Source: the human T2T-CHM13v2.0 reference genome, Homo sapiens. From it: 64,000 nucleotides of DNA. A program made the position numbers and the translations under genes. The notes beneath the pieces are model-generated. The model had not been told where the DNA came from and did not search any database. It saw only the letters and a program-made list of their open reading frames with translations. Within the stretch, counting starts at the first letter, position 1, and every line of letters begins with the position of its first letter. Positions 30,001 to 46,270 of the stretch are shown one piece after another. Location of the stretch: assembly GCF_009914755.1 (NCBI RefSeq), contig NC_060927.1; one strand, given 5' to 3'.

Positions 30001-30129
30001 ATAAATGTTCACTTCTGCTCTAAAACTTCCCTCAGTCTCTCCTCCTGCCCTTCTCCCCACAGTCAAATTCTTTCTTCTGGGGAGGCAAGAATTGAGATTA
30101 CTACAGACCCACATGAATTCACAACGGCA
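27096..30129 (+). mobile_element. MER50 3' LTR, split by a THE1 insertion (27096-27334 and 29661-30129)
   Basis: tgtaacagtaggcagctagtcagac...gtgcac | taagaggcaatatggc... is colinear with the 5' LTR; candidate host TSD ggtag/ggtgg. Confidence 0.88.
27335..29660 (-). mobile_element. Complete THE1D/MST-type MaLR (LTR 27335-~27696, internal, LTR 29291-29660)
   Basis: Two direct ~365-bp LTRs flank a ~1.6-kb MaLR internal region (ORF text 'ALPNGAVRRGPLSS'); 5-bp TSD tgcac/tacac. Confidence 0.92.
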
Positions 30130-30154
30130 GGTGGCAAATGTTTCATTTAGTATG

Positions 30155-30521
30155 TGTTATAGACTTAATGCTTTTGTCACTCTAAAATTCAAATGTTGAA
30201 GACTGACCCTCTAATATAATGGTGTTGGAAGGTAGGCCTTAGGTAGGTGATTAGGATTAGATTAGGTCATGAGGTAGAACTCATATGAATGGGATTAGTG
30301 TCTTTACAAGGGGCCATAGAGCTTCCTTCCTCTCTCTCTGTAATGTGAGGACACGGAAAAGACTACCTGCTATTAACCAGAAAGCAGGCCCTCGCCATTC
30401 AGTGAATCTGCGGGTACTTCAACCTTGGACTTCTCAGTATCCAGAAGTGAGATGTAAATGTTTGTTATTTAAGCCACCTGGTTATAGTATTTTGTTATGG
30501 CAGCCTGAATTGTCTCAGATG
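30155..30521 (+). mobile_element. MLT1A-like solo LTR
   Basis: tgttatagacttaatg...aaattcaaatgttgaa...ttggacttctcag...tttaagccacc...tttgttatggcagcc. Confidence 0.8.
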
Positions 30522-32049
30522 GTACAGACAAAAATGCTCATTGTTTATGAATTTGTGGATTTGTCTTCTGAATGGTCTTGATAAAGGTAAGGAATCAGAT
30601 CAGATAATAAATTGCTTGATTTGTAATTACTTAGTCAAATAATTAAGAAATTATTTACTTCTCTTTCTTACCACAAGGATTCTTCACATGCAACATTTCA
30701 AGCTTCATATTGTCTAAAATTGTGAATTTAATAAGTTGCGTTTTCTATTACAATGCAAATCTCATCAGACATGCATGTTTGCATAAATTATGGAGCCAAC
30801 CAATTTTATGCCTCTTTAATAATGCATTCTTAAATTTAGTTTCAAGTTAAGGACAGCATTTGCCTATTGATCATGATGCATTATCCACACTCTGGAAAGC
30901 ACCAGGCAGTTTTGCATCTTCTCAGTTAATTCTGAATAATTCAGAAAGTTATGTGGGTTGTGTTTATTTTCATTAAGTTTTTAAATACCTACCTGAAAGA
31001 TAGTGACATGTAATTAACTATACCTAGTTATGATCATGGTACTATTGTTTATCAATTTACCAACATCATGGCTTACAGGCATAACATATATATATTTTTA
31101 GTACCATCTTAGAATTATCCTGTAATAGTTATATTGTGCCTTTTATTATATGGTTTCCTACAGAACTCTTTTATGAGGATTTTTTTTCTTTACATTGGCA
31201 AACACTATAAAAATATATTCTTGGGTATGAACTCTATATAAAATATGTTATGTTAAAATAGACAAAAGAAATTTCTTTAGACAAATTTGCTTTCTGCAAA
31301 TGTATTATATTGTTGTTACTGTTATTTTCAAGGCATGGAATAAAATTTTAAAATTATTTTGGCTGGGTTTTCAAATATGAAACAGTTTCAAAATGAACAG
31401 AACTGGGGAGTATTTAAGCATAATTTTATGTAAATAGTCAAGAAATGGTATTATACTTTTTTAAAGTAATGTATCAAGCTCCAGGTTATTGCCTTGGAAT
31501 TAAGTAGGCAAGCAAGAATACCAACCCCAAAGGAAAGCACAGCTGACCCATTTATACAGTCAGCAGACTCATGCACAGGGTAAGAGAGGTGCTTCAATGA
31601 TAGGCCAAATAAATCTCTATTTCTAATTTTCTAAATTTAAACATGCATTTAATTCAATGTGATCAAAATACATATTATATATTTTTATACAATTTGAAGC
31701 TAAGTCTCCTCCAGATAATAATTATTATACTGGAATAAACAAAAATGATTTAATGAAACATATTAAAATACAAATTTTAAAACAGTACACTAGCATTTTG
31801 TTGTGGTTTGGACATAAGCCTATCTATTACTATGTAGAAAAATCACCATTGGAAGTAAGTTTAAATTGTAAATGTGTAGCAGAAGAGAACTTTGATGAAA
31901 AACTCTTTTTAAGGTTTGTCTTTTTTTGTAATATTGTAACAGATATTTTATTCATTTTCTAAATTGCATAAAGTCAAGTGACTCATTTTTCATTTATTGC
32001 TGTTTAGCTAAAGAATCAGTTAACATACAGTATTAATAACAAAATACTT

Positions 32050-32380
32050 GGCCAGGCGCAGTGGCTCACGCCTGTAATCCCAGCACTTTGGGAGGCCGAG
32101 GTGGGCGGATCACTGGGTCAGGAGATCAAGACCATCCTGGCTAACACGGTGAAACCCTGTCTCTACTAAAAATACAAAAAATTAGTCGGGCGAGGTGGCG
32201 GGTGCCTGTAGTCCCAGCTACGTGAGAGGCTGAGGCAGGAGAATGGCGTGAACCCCAGGGGGTGGAGCCTGCAGTGAGCCAAGATCGCACCACTGCACTA
32301 CAGCCTGGGTGAAAGAGAGACTCCTTCTCAAAAAAATACCAAAAACAAAAACAAACAAACAAACAAAAAACAAAAAAAAC
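32050..32380 (+). mobile_element. AluY (Yk-like diagnostics) with A/CAAA tail
   Basis: accatcctggctaacacggtg, gaatggcgtgaaccccagggggtggagcctgcag; CpG-rich. Confidence 0.93.
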
Positions 32381-34067
32381 AGTATATTTTAATCATTTGT
32401 TTAACTCTTTAACAAGAGTTTTAAGTTATTTTAATTAAAATTGTTTGGAATTTGTTCTCTGAAAACCTAAACAAACCAAATAAACAAAGAGAAGTATCTT
32501 CAGTAAAATAAAATAAAATTGTTCCCACATGGACTAGTGGCTGGAAGAAAATAAAAATAAAATAAATGTATATGCTCTAAGTTAGAATCATTCTCACATT
32601 TCTGCACAAAACAAAGCATATCTATGTTACTGGCCTCACCTACCTCTGCTTCCAGCCTATGTATTAACTTGTCACTGCAATATATTGTGTGATCACAATA
32701 ACATAAAATAAACAAAAAAACTGATTGTTTTACTGAAGACCTGAAAACTAATATCTTTCAATATTGTTCTGCTAACACATTAGACTTACTTCCATGAGCT
32801 ACATACAATCTCAGAGACCTGGTTTGTATTTGGTTACTTTCCTGTAATAGACTAATGTAGCCTGAAGCTTCTAGGGTGAAAATTGTTGAGAAACTTAGAA
32901 CAATTCAACGTCATTTATATCCATAAATAATCATAAGATTTGAGAGGCTTTGTTTCTAATTTTAATTTTAGAAATGTCCATTTTCACAACACTGTATGCC
33001 CACAAGATTATAAAAAGCAATTAGAAAAACAGCAATAAATAAAATCTCAGAAACAACTTATACATCCTGAGAACTTTACATTTAATTCTTATTTGTGGGC
33101 GGCTTTACTAAAATGAAAATGTGGACAGGCAAAGTTATCTATCTATCTATGTTTGTGTGTGTGTATATGGAAGAAATTGAAAATAATTATTCTTTTCCTT
33201 ATGGTTTCTCCATGGGGATATATTATTGTTTTTATATTGCTATGCAGCCATTTTCCATAATATGTGTGAAATATCACAACATAAAATTATTAACCTTAGG
33301 CCTCAACTGTTCAAATTGAATGTTTTATCATGTTGAGATTCAAAATATATTGAGTATTTTCAGACTAATTTTAAATATTTGGAGAAAAAATAGTTCAAAA
33401 TGGTGCTTACTAAGGTATTATTTCAAGCTAGCTTTATAAAATTATGAGGGTAGTCATTTGGAAGTTCAGCACGGAACTTATTTCCTATTGAGGAACCTAA
33501 TTACCAAACATTTTTGCTCACATTGTCTGAATGTTGTGATCAGAACACATTAAAAAAAAAAAAAACAAGAGATTCAGATATAAGTGAACAACAAGGTACA
33601 TAAGGTGATGAAAGGTCTCCCATGAAAGCACAAGGCTACAACCATTAAGTATCATCTATGAGAGTACAATCATTTAAAAATCAATGCAAATCTTTTAAAG
33701 AGTCAGTGTTCAGTAAAACACAAATGAAACTGCCAGGAAGAATGAGAGATTCTGAATTTTGTATGAGGCAATCTATAAACTACATGGAAAATCATAGGGG
33801 GAAAAAAGACTTGAATTATTCAAATTTGTAACAATTATAGGGGTTCAATGTGTCAAAATTGTTGTTATAGGGCATTGCTGCATAATTATGGTAATAGACA
33901 CACCTCTTTCAAAGTTGATAGAAAATATATAATTTAATTTAAATATTTAAAATATATGCTGATTTTCTTATTGATATTTAAGTACAAAATATTAACAATG
34001 GTAAATGTATTTAAAAAGGAAAAAAATGAGCGAATCATCTTATGCTTAGAAATTATTACTTACATGC

Positions 34068-34114
34068 TATATTAGGCCATTCTTGAATTGCTATAACTGA
34101 ATACCTGAGATGGA

Positions 34115-34147
<33 letters not shown>

Positions 34148-34542
34148 AACATATATAAACATATATATAAACATATATATATATATATGTTTAATTGGCT
34201 TATGGTTCTACAAACTGTAAAGAAAGCCTAGTGGCATCTGCTCAGCTTCTGAGGAAGCCTTAGGAAATGTACAGTCATGGCTGATGACTAAGGGGGAACA
34301 GGCACATCACATGGCAAAAGCAGAAGCAGCAGGGTAAGGGGGAGGTGCTACACACATTTAAACAACCAGATCTCACAAGAACTAACTCACTCTCATGAAG
34401 ACAGCATTACAGGGGATAGTGATAAACTATTTATGAGAAATCCAACCCTATGACCCAATCACCAGCCACCGGGCCCCACCTTCAACACTGGGATTACATT
34501 TCAATATGAGATTCCAGTGGGAAACACATCTGAACTATATCA
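34068..34542 (-). mobile_element. MSTA-like solo LTR with an internal (CA)n(TA)n microsatellite
   Basis: tatattaggccattc...actatatca; 'ggcatctgctcagcttctg'; perfect 5-bp TSD catgc (34063-34067, 34543-34547). Confidence 0.9.
34116..34188. repeat. (CA)n followed by (TA)n microsatellite
   Basis: acacacac... then atatata... seen directly. Confidence 0.95.
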
Positions 34543-34639
34543 CATGCTCAGGGAGTACTAGATTGAACCTCATCTAATATCTAAAATATAAACTAATATT
34601 ACTATCACTCTTTAACCACAAGCTATTGATTACCTTCAT

Positions 34640-35520
34640 GTGTTAATCAATATTTAATAGATATTTATTATATGTAAAACATTCCCAAGACCAGAGGTGA
34701 TGTGTGATATTGTGCAAAGTAAAATAAATACGCAGAGCTTATATAATAATGAAAATACAGCTATTTTATGAAATTACATAAATGAATACAATTTGTATAA
34801 AAGTTCAAGAAACAATTCAATTAATTGAAGTCAGTAATATCAGGAAAGTCATCATGGAAAAGGAATAATTTAAAATGGACATGGAAGAAAAGGAAAGATT
34901 TAGAAAAGGGTTTTAATAGATACACTAGCAGGATGCATCTTGTGACCCAAGGATTGTTTTTCATTTGTCTTTTCACCTTTAGTATCTAATAGTATGTTGC
35001 ATACAATAGTTGTAATAAATATTTGCTGAATAAACTAATGGTAATCCTGTGTAACCTGGATCAAACTGGGAAATCCTTAAAGGAAGGGGTTAGTTGAGTC
35101 CTGTAATAATTGAAACATAAGTTTGATAATTGTTAGACCAGAAAAGGAACTATAAAAGACAGATTGTGATAGCGTCGTCTCAGTATCTTCTGACATATAC
35201 TGAAAGAAATATATTTGAAAAAATTTAATCCTTCAAATTATTGAACATACACAAAGAATATTAAATTGAACAAATAAGAAACAAACATATATACATATTA
35301 CTTCTATGGCATGTAATGTGTTCAAGTGTGAAGGACATACATGAGAACGAAGATATTTCTAGGCTTGAACTTGATCTAGAATGATATGGTATTTGTATGG
35401 TTAGAAGTGGAAAGGATGGAAATTTCAGGTACAGAAAAGGTAGAAACCAAGAGTAAATACATAAAAATTGTATGTCTCTAATTATGAGAGCATAAATAAT
35501 GAATCTATATAGAATAAAGA
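34640..35520. mobile_element. L2 fragments
   Basis: L2 3'-end motif 'gcatacaatagttgtaataaatatttgctgaataaa' (~35000) plus purine-rich antisense L2-like segments. Confidence 0.45.
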
Positions 35521-36134
35521 GTATGAGTGAAGTGGAAAGTGACGTAGATAAATTGAACAAGATAGATAATAGAGACTAGTGAAAATTAAAATATAGCATA
35601 TATTCAGTAAGAAAGAGCAACTTTCAATGTAGGATGCATTGCTTTTTGCTTGGAGAAAGATTTACTGTTGAGATTCCCAAAGGTAAAGTGACTTATCAAG
35701 AGAGGTAAGAAGAAAAGAGCTAAACCCTACATTTTATATTCTGGGAAAGAGTAAACGAACACGACTAATTAAGGAAATTGGCAGAATGAAATACCGTATT
35801 TCCTTCCCTTAATTTTTTTAAACCAGGATAGCTCTCCTTATGTCTAAAGACAGAAGGAAAGGAAACAATGAAATTGGAAAGAATGCCAAGATTTGGAAGA
35901 GGAAAAAGATATGAGTGATTTGCTATTCATAAAAATTAACATCAAATCTATGAGAAAGTGAAATAAAGTACAAAGAGAAGTTTATTTTCAAATGTTTACT
36001 AAGTGCCAATATGTCTCAGCAATCTCAAAATTTTGAAAAGTAGCTACAATTCTATTTTTCAAAGGAAAATTCAGCCTATTTTTAAGGAAGAGTTTACTAG
36101 AAGAGAAAATAACTTAATCACAAGTTGGAAAATC

Positions 36135-39100
36135 CAGATGATTTTCTATTTACAATGGTTCAACTTATTATTTTTCAACTTTACTTAATTTTTAAAATAT
36201 TTTTATAATACTTTAAGTTCTGTGATACATGTGCAGAACATACAGGTTTGTTACATAGGTATACATGTGCCACGGTGGTTTGCTGCACCCGCCAACCTGT
36301 CAACTATATTAGGTATTTTTCCTAATGCTATCCCTCCTGTTGGACCCCACACCCTGACAGGCCCCATTTTGTGACCTTCCCCTCCCTGTGCCCATATGTT
36401 CTCATTGTTCAATTCCCACTTATGAGTGAGAACATGTGGTGTTTGGTTTTCTGTTCTTGTGTTAGTTTGCTGAGAATGATGGTTTCCAGTTTCATCCATG
36501 TCTCTTGCAAGGACATGAACTCATCCTTTGTATAGCTGCATAGTATTCCATGGTGTATATGTGCCACATTTTCTTTACCAGTTATCATCAATGGGCATTT
36601 GGGTTGGTTCCAAGACATTGCTACTGTGAATAGTGCTGCAATAAACATAGTGTGCACATCTCTTTATAGAATAATTTCTGATCCTTTGGTTATATACCCA
36701 GTAATGGAATTGCTGGGTCAAATGGTATTTCTGGTTCTAGATCCTTGAGGAATCACCACAGTCTTCCACAATGATTGAACCAACTTACACTCCTACCAAC
36801 AGTGTAAAAATGTTCCTATTTCTCCACATCCTCTCCAGTATCTATTCTTTCCTGATTAATGATCACCATTCTAAATGGCATGAGATGATATCTCATTGTG
36901 GTTTTGATTTGCATTCCTGTAAAGACCAGTGATAATGAGCTTTTATTCATATGTTTGTTGGCCACATAAATGTCTTCTTTTGAAAAGTGTCTGTTCATAT
37001 TCTTTGCCTACTTTTTGATTAGGTTGTTTTTTGTTTCTTGTAAATTTGTTTAAGTTTCTTATAGATTCTGGATAAGAGCCCTCTGTCAGATGGGTAGATT
37101 GAAAAAATTTTCTCCCATTGTCTAGGTTGCCTGTTCACTCTGATGATAGTTTCTTTCACTGTGCAGAAGCTCCTTAGTTTAATTAGATCTCATTTGTCAA
37201 TTATGACTTTTGTTGCAATAGTTTTTGGTGTTTTAGTCATGAAGTCTTTGCCCATGACTATTTCTTGAAAGGTATTGCGTACGTTTTCTTCTAGGGATTT
37301 TATGGTTTTGGGTCTTATGTGTAAGTCTTTAATCCATCTTGAATTAATTTTTGTATAAGGTGTAAGGAAGGGATCCAGTTTCAGTTTTCTGCATATGGCT
37401 AGCCAGTTTTTCCAGCACCATTTATTAAATAGGGAATCCTTTACCCATTGCTTGTTTTTGTCTGGTTTGTCAAAGATCAGATGGTTGTAGATGTGTGGTG
37501 TTATTTCTGAGGCCTCTGTTCTGTTCCATTGGTCTAGATCTCTGTTTTGGTACCAGTACCATGCTGTTTTGATTACTGTAGCCTTATAGTGTAGTTTGAA
37601 GTCAGGTAGTGTAATGCATTCCAGCCTTTTTTGTTTGTTTGTTTTGGCTTGAGATTGTCTCGGCTATATGAGCTCTATTTTGTTTCCCTATGAAATTTAA
37701 AGTACTTTTTTCTAATTCTGTGAAGAAAGTCAATGGTAGCTTGATGGGAATAGCATTGAATCTATAAATTACTTTGGGCAGTATGGCCATTTTCATGATA
37801 TCGATTCTTTCTACCCATGAGCATGGAATGCTTTTCCATTTTTTGTGTCCTCTGTTATTTTCTTGAGCAGTGGTTGGTAGTTCTTGAAGAGGTGCTTCAT
37901 ATCTCTTGCAAGATGTATTCCTAGGTATTATATTCTCTTTGTAGCAATTGTGGATGGGAGTTCACTCATGACTTGGCTGTTTGTCTACTGTTGGTGTATA
38001 GGAGTGCTTGTGATTTTTGCACACTGATTTTGTATCCTGAGACTATGCTGAAGTTGCTTATTAGCTGAAGAAGTTTTTGGGTTGAGATGATAGAGTTTTC
38101 TAAATGTACAATTATGTCATCTGCAAACAGAGACAATTTCACTTCCTTTCTTGCTATTTGAATACCCTTTATTTCTTTCTCTTGCCTGAATGCCTTGGAT
38201 AGAACTTCCAATACTATGTAGAATAGAGTGGTGAGAGAGGGCATCCTTGTCTTTTGCCTTTTTTCAAAGGGAAGACTTCCAGCTTTTGCCCATTCAGTAT
38301 GATATTGGCTGTGGGTCTGTCATAAATAGCTCTTATTATGAGATATGTCCATCAATACCTAGTTTATTGAGAGTTTTTAGCATGAAGGGCTGTTGAATTT
38401 TGTTGAAGGCCTTTTCTGCATCTATTGAGATAATTATGTGGTTTTTGTCATTGGTTCTGTTTATATGATGGATTACATTTATCAATTTGCATATGTTGAA
38501 CCAACCTTGCACCCAAGGGATTAAGCCGACTTGTTTGTGGTGGATAAGCTTTTTGATGTGCTGCTGATTTTGGTTTGCCAGTATTTTATTGAGGAATTTC
38601 ACATCGGTGTTCATCAGGGACATTGGCCTGAAATTTTCTTTTTTGTTGTGTCTCTGCCAGGTTTTGGTATCAGGATGATGCTGGCCTCATAAAATGAGTT
38701 AGGGAAGAGTCCCTCTTTTTCTATATTTTGGAATAGTTTCAGAAGAAATGGTATCAGCTCCTCTTTGTATCTGGTAGAATTCAGCTGTGAATCTGTCTTT
38801 CCCTGGGCTTTTTTTGGTTGGTAGGCTATTAATTACTGCCTCAATTTCAGAACTTGTTGTTGGTCTATTCATGGATTCTACTTCTTCCTTGTTTAGTCTT
38901 GTGGAGGTGTATGTGTCCAGGAATTTATCCATTTCTTCTAAATTTTCTAGTTTGTTTGCATAGAGTTGTTTACAGTATTCTCTGATGGTAGTCTGTATTT
39001 CTGTGGAATCAGTGGTGATATCCCCTTTATCATTTTTTATTGTATCTATTTGATTCTTCTCTCTTTTCTTCTTTATTAGTCTGGCTAGCAATCTATTTTG

Positions 39101-42100
39101 TTAATCTTTTCAAAAAATCAGCTCCTGGATTCATTGATTACTTGGAGGGTTTTCATGTCTTCATCTCCTTCTGTTCTGCTCTGATCTTAGTTATTTTTTG
39201 TCTTCTGCTAGTTTTTTAATTTGTTTGTTCTTGCTTCTCTAGTTCTTTTCATTTTGATGTTTGGGTGTCAATTTTAGATCTTTCCCGCTTTCTCATGTGG
39301 GCATTTAGTGCTATAAATTTCCCTCTACACACTACTTTAGCTGTGTTTCAGAGATTCTGGTACATTGTGTCTTTGTTCTCAGTGGTTTCATATAACTTAT
39401 TTATTTCTGCCTTAATTTCATTATTTACCCAGTAGTCATTCAGGAGCAGGTTGCTCAGTTTCCATTTAGTTTTGTGGTTTTGAGTGAGTTTCTTAATCCT
39501 GAGTTCTAATTTGATTACACCATGGTCTAAGTGACTGTTTGTTATGATTTGTGTTCTTTTGCATTTGCTGAGGAGTGTTTTACTTCAAAATATTTGGTCA
39601 ATTTTAGAAAGAGTTCTATGTGGTGCTGAGAAGAATGTATATTCTGTTGATTTGGTTTGGAGAGTTCTGTAGATGTCTATTAGGTCTGCTTGGTCCAGAA
39701 CTGATTTCAAGTCCTGAAAATCCTTGTTAATTTTCTCTTTCATTGATCTGTCTAATATTGACAGTGCATATTAAAGTCTCTCAATATTATTGTTTGGGAG
39801 TCTAAGTCTTTTTGTAGGTTTCTAAGAACTTGCTTTATGAATCTGGAGGGCCCTGTATTGGGTGCATATATTTTTAGGATAGTTAGCTTTTCTTGTTGCA
39901 TTGATCCCTTTACCATTATGTAACGCCCTTCTTTGTCTTTTTTTAATCTTTGTTGGTTTAAAGTCTTTTTTATCAGAGACTAGTATTGCAACCCCTGCAT
40001 TTTTTGCTTTCCATTTGCTTAGTAAATATTCCTCCATCTCTTTATTTTGAGCCTATATGTGTCTTTGCACATGAGATGGGTCTCCTGAATACAGCACACT
40101 GATGGGTCCTGACTTTTTATCCAATTTGCCGGTCTGTCTTTTAATTTGGGCATTTAGCCCATTTACATTTAAGGTTAATATTGTTATGTGTTATTCGATA
40201 CTGTCATTATGATGCTAGCTGGTTATTTTTCCCATTGGTTGATGAAGTTTCTTCATAGTGTCATTGGTCTTTACATTTTGGTGTTTTTGAAGTGGCTGGT
40301 GCCAGGTTTTTTTCCTTCCCATATTTAGTGCTTCCTTCAGGAGCTCTTGTAAGGCAGGCCTGGTGGTGACAAAATCTCTCAGCATTTACTTCTCTGTAAA
40401 TAATTTTATTAGCTTGGCTGGATATAAAATTCTGGGTTGAAAATTGTTTTCTTTACGAATGTTGAATATTGTCCCCCTCTGTCTTCTGGCTTTTAGGGTT
40501 TCTGCAGAGAGATCTGCTGTTAGTCTAATGGGATTCCCTTTGTGAGTAACCCAACATTTCTCTCTGGCTGCCCTTAACATTTTTTTCTTTATTTCAACCT
40601 TGGTGAATCTGATGATTATGTGTGTTGGGATTACTCTTCTTGAGCACTATCTTCCTGGTATTGTCTGTATTTCCTGAATTGGAATGTTGTCCTGTGTTGC
40701 TAGGCTGGGGACTTTCTCCTGAAATGTGTTTTCCAACTTGGTTCCATTCTCCCTGTCACTTTCAGATACACCAATCAAACTTAGGTTTGGTCTTTTCACA
40801 TAGTGCCATATTTCTTGGAGGCTTTGTTTGTTCCTTTACCTTCTTTTTTCTCTAATCTTGTCTTCATGCTTTATTTCATTAAGTTGATCTTCAATCTCTG
40901 ATATCTTTTCTTCTGCTTGATCGATTTGGCTATTGATACTTGTCTATGCTTCATGAAGTTCTCGTGCTGTATTCTGAGCTCCAACAGGTCATTTATGTTC
41001 TTCTCTAAACTGGTTATTCTAGTTAGTAGTTCCTGTAACTTTTTATCAAGGTTCCTAGCTTCCTTGCTTTGGGTTAGAACATGATCCTTTAGCTCAAAGG
41101 AATTTGTGATTATCCACCTTCTGAAGCCTACTTCTCTCAATTCATCAAATTCACTCTCTGTCCAGTTTTGTTCCCTTGCTGGTGAGGAGTTGTGATCCTT
41201 TGGAGGAGAAGAGGCATTCTGGTTTTAGGAATTTTCAGCCTTTTTATGCTGTTTTATTCTCATTTTCTTGGATTTATCTACCTTTGGTCTTCGATGTTGG
41301 TGACTTCAGATGGGGTTTCTGCATGGGCATCTCTTGTTGATGTTGACACTATTGCTTTCTGTTTGTTATTTTTTCTCCTAACAGTCCAGCCCCTCTTCTG
41401 CAGGTCTGCTGGAGTTTGCTAGAGGTCCACTCCAGAACCTTTTATGCCTGGGTATCAACAATGGGTGCTGCAGCACAGCACAGGTTGCTGCCTGCTTCTT
41501 CCTCTGGAAGCTTCATCCCAGAGGGAGGGGCGCTCACCAGATCCCAGCCAGAGCTCTCATATATGAAGTGTCTGTCGACCCCTGCTGGGAGGTGTTACCC
41601 AGTAATGAGGAACGGGGATCAGGGACCCACTTAAGGAGCCAGTGTGTCTGTTAGCAGAGCTCAAGCACTATGCTTGAAGATCTGCTGCTCTCTTCAGAGC
41701 CAGCAGGCAGGAATGTTTAAGTCTGCTGAAGGTGAGCCCACTGCTGCCCCTACCCCCAGGTGCTGGGTCACAGGGAGATGGGAGTTTTATCTATAAGTCT
41801 CTGTCTGGGGCTGCTGCCTTTCTTTCAGAGATGCCCTGCCCAGAGAGGAGGAATCTAGAGATGCAGTTTGGCTACAGCGGCTTTGCTGCACTACAGTGGG
41901 TTCCACACACAGTTCGAACTTCCTGGAGGCTTTGTTTACAATGTGAGGAGAAAACCACCTACTTAAGCCTCGGCTCTCTCCCCACCAAGTTCAAATATCC
42001 CAGGTCGACTTCAGACTGCAGTGCTGCAATTGAGAATTTCATCCCAGTGGATCTCAGCTTGTTGGGCTCCATGGGGGTGGGATCTGCTGAGCAAGACCAC

Positions 42101-42900
42101 CTGGCTCCCTGGCTTCAGCCTCCTGTCCAGGGGAGTAAACAGTTCTGTCTCACTGGCATTCCAGGCATCACTGGGGTATGAAAAAAAACTCCTGCAGGTA
42201 GCTCCTTTTCTGCCCAAACAGCTGCTCAGTTTTGTGCTTGAAACCTAGGGCCCTGGTGGTGTAGCCACCCAAGGGAATCTCCTGGTCTGTGGGTTGCAAA
42301 GACCATGGGGAAAGCGTAGTATCTGGGCCGGACAGTGCCGTCCCCCATGGCTTCCCTTGGCTAGGGGAGTCCCAGTCCCTCATGGCTTCCCTTGGCTAGG
42401 GGAGGGAGTTCCCTGACCCCTTGTGATTCCTGGGTAGCGCAATGCCCCACCCTGCTTCTGCTAGCCCTCCATGGGCTGCACCCACCGTCTAAGCAGTCCC
42501 AGTGAGATGAACCTGGTACCTCAGTTTGAAATCCAGAAATCACCTACCCTCTGCATTGGTCTCGCTGGGAGCTGCAGACTGGAGCTTTTTGCGTTCGGCT
42601 GTCTTGCCCGGGAATCCTTATTTTTCAACTTTATAATGATGCAAAACTGTTGCAAATTTGATGTAATATATTTCAACAAATTATACTTAAGATATTCAAC
42701 ACTTTATTATAAAATAAGCTTTTTGCTAGATGATTTTGCCCAACTGTAGGCTAATATAAATGTTCTGAGATGTTTAAGGTAGGCTAGTGTAAGCTATTAT
42801 GTATCTTGTAGGCTAGATATATTAATTACATTTTTGACTATATTTTCAACTTACAATGGGTTTATCAGAACACATCACATTTTAAATTGAGGAGCATTTG
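36135..42900 (-). mobile_element. MER47/Tigger5-type DNA transposon split by L1 (36135-36183 and 42618-42900)
   Basis: Ends cagatgattttctatttacaatggttcaact... and ...aattgaggagcatttg; the two halves join through the L1 TSD. Confidence 0.75.
36184..42617 (-). mobile_element. Full-length LINE-1, L1PA7/8-like, inactive (ORF1 starts ~41263, ORF2 starts ~40207, both disrupted)
   Basis: ~6.4 kb from the 5' UTR (minus: ggattcccgggcaagacagccg...) to the tail; ORF1 fragments (40871-41140, 40386-40580) and ORF2 fragments including LFADD (37966-38244); 16-bp TSD ttatttttcaacttta at 36168-36183 and 42618-42633. Confidence 0.96.
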
Positions 42901-43349
42901 TATAATAAAATACAAGCATTTATATTTAAAAATGATTTAAATATGAAATAAATCATTTTAAAATATAAATGCTTGTCTTTTCTTAGACAAATACCTCATT
43001 TGCTGAATGAGATAAAATGTCAAGAACTTAGATGCTAAGAAATAATTTTACAGAGATTAATTAAAGCAAATACTTTAATAATTTAGTAGATACCATGTTC
43101 CCAAATGAGAAATATCAGAATTATAAAGATATTAGAAGTTTTAAAATTATGTATATATAATATAAACTATATAAAATATGGTTGTTGTTGTTGTTGCTGT
43201 TGTTAACTTCATTTCCAATCAAAATCTTACAAAACCTCTGGCCTCAGGATTTCTCTCTCTCTTGGCAATAAGGTCTAATTGAATGACAGCATTGTCTAGC
43301 TTGAGCTCCTCTTTAGAGTGGTGCTGCCAATTAAAGAAAAGAATTGCAG

Positions 43350-46270
<2,921 letters not shown>

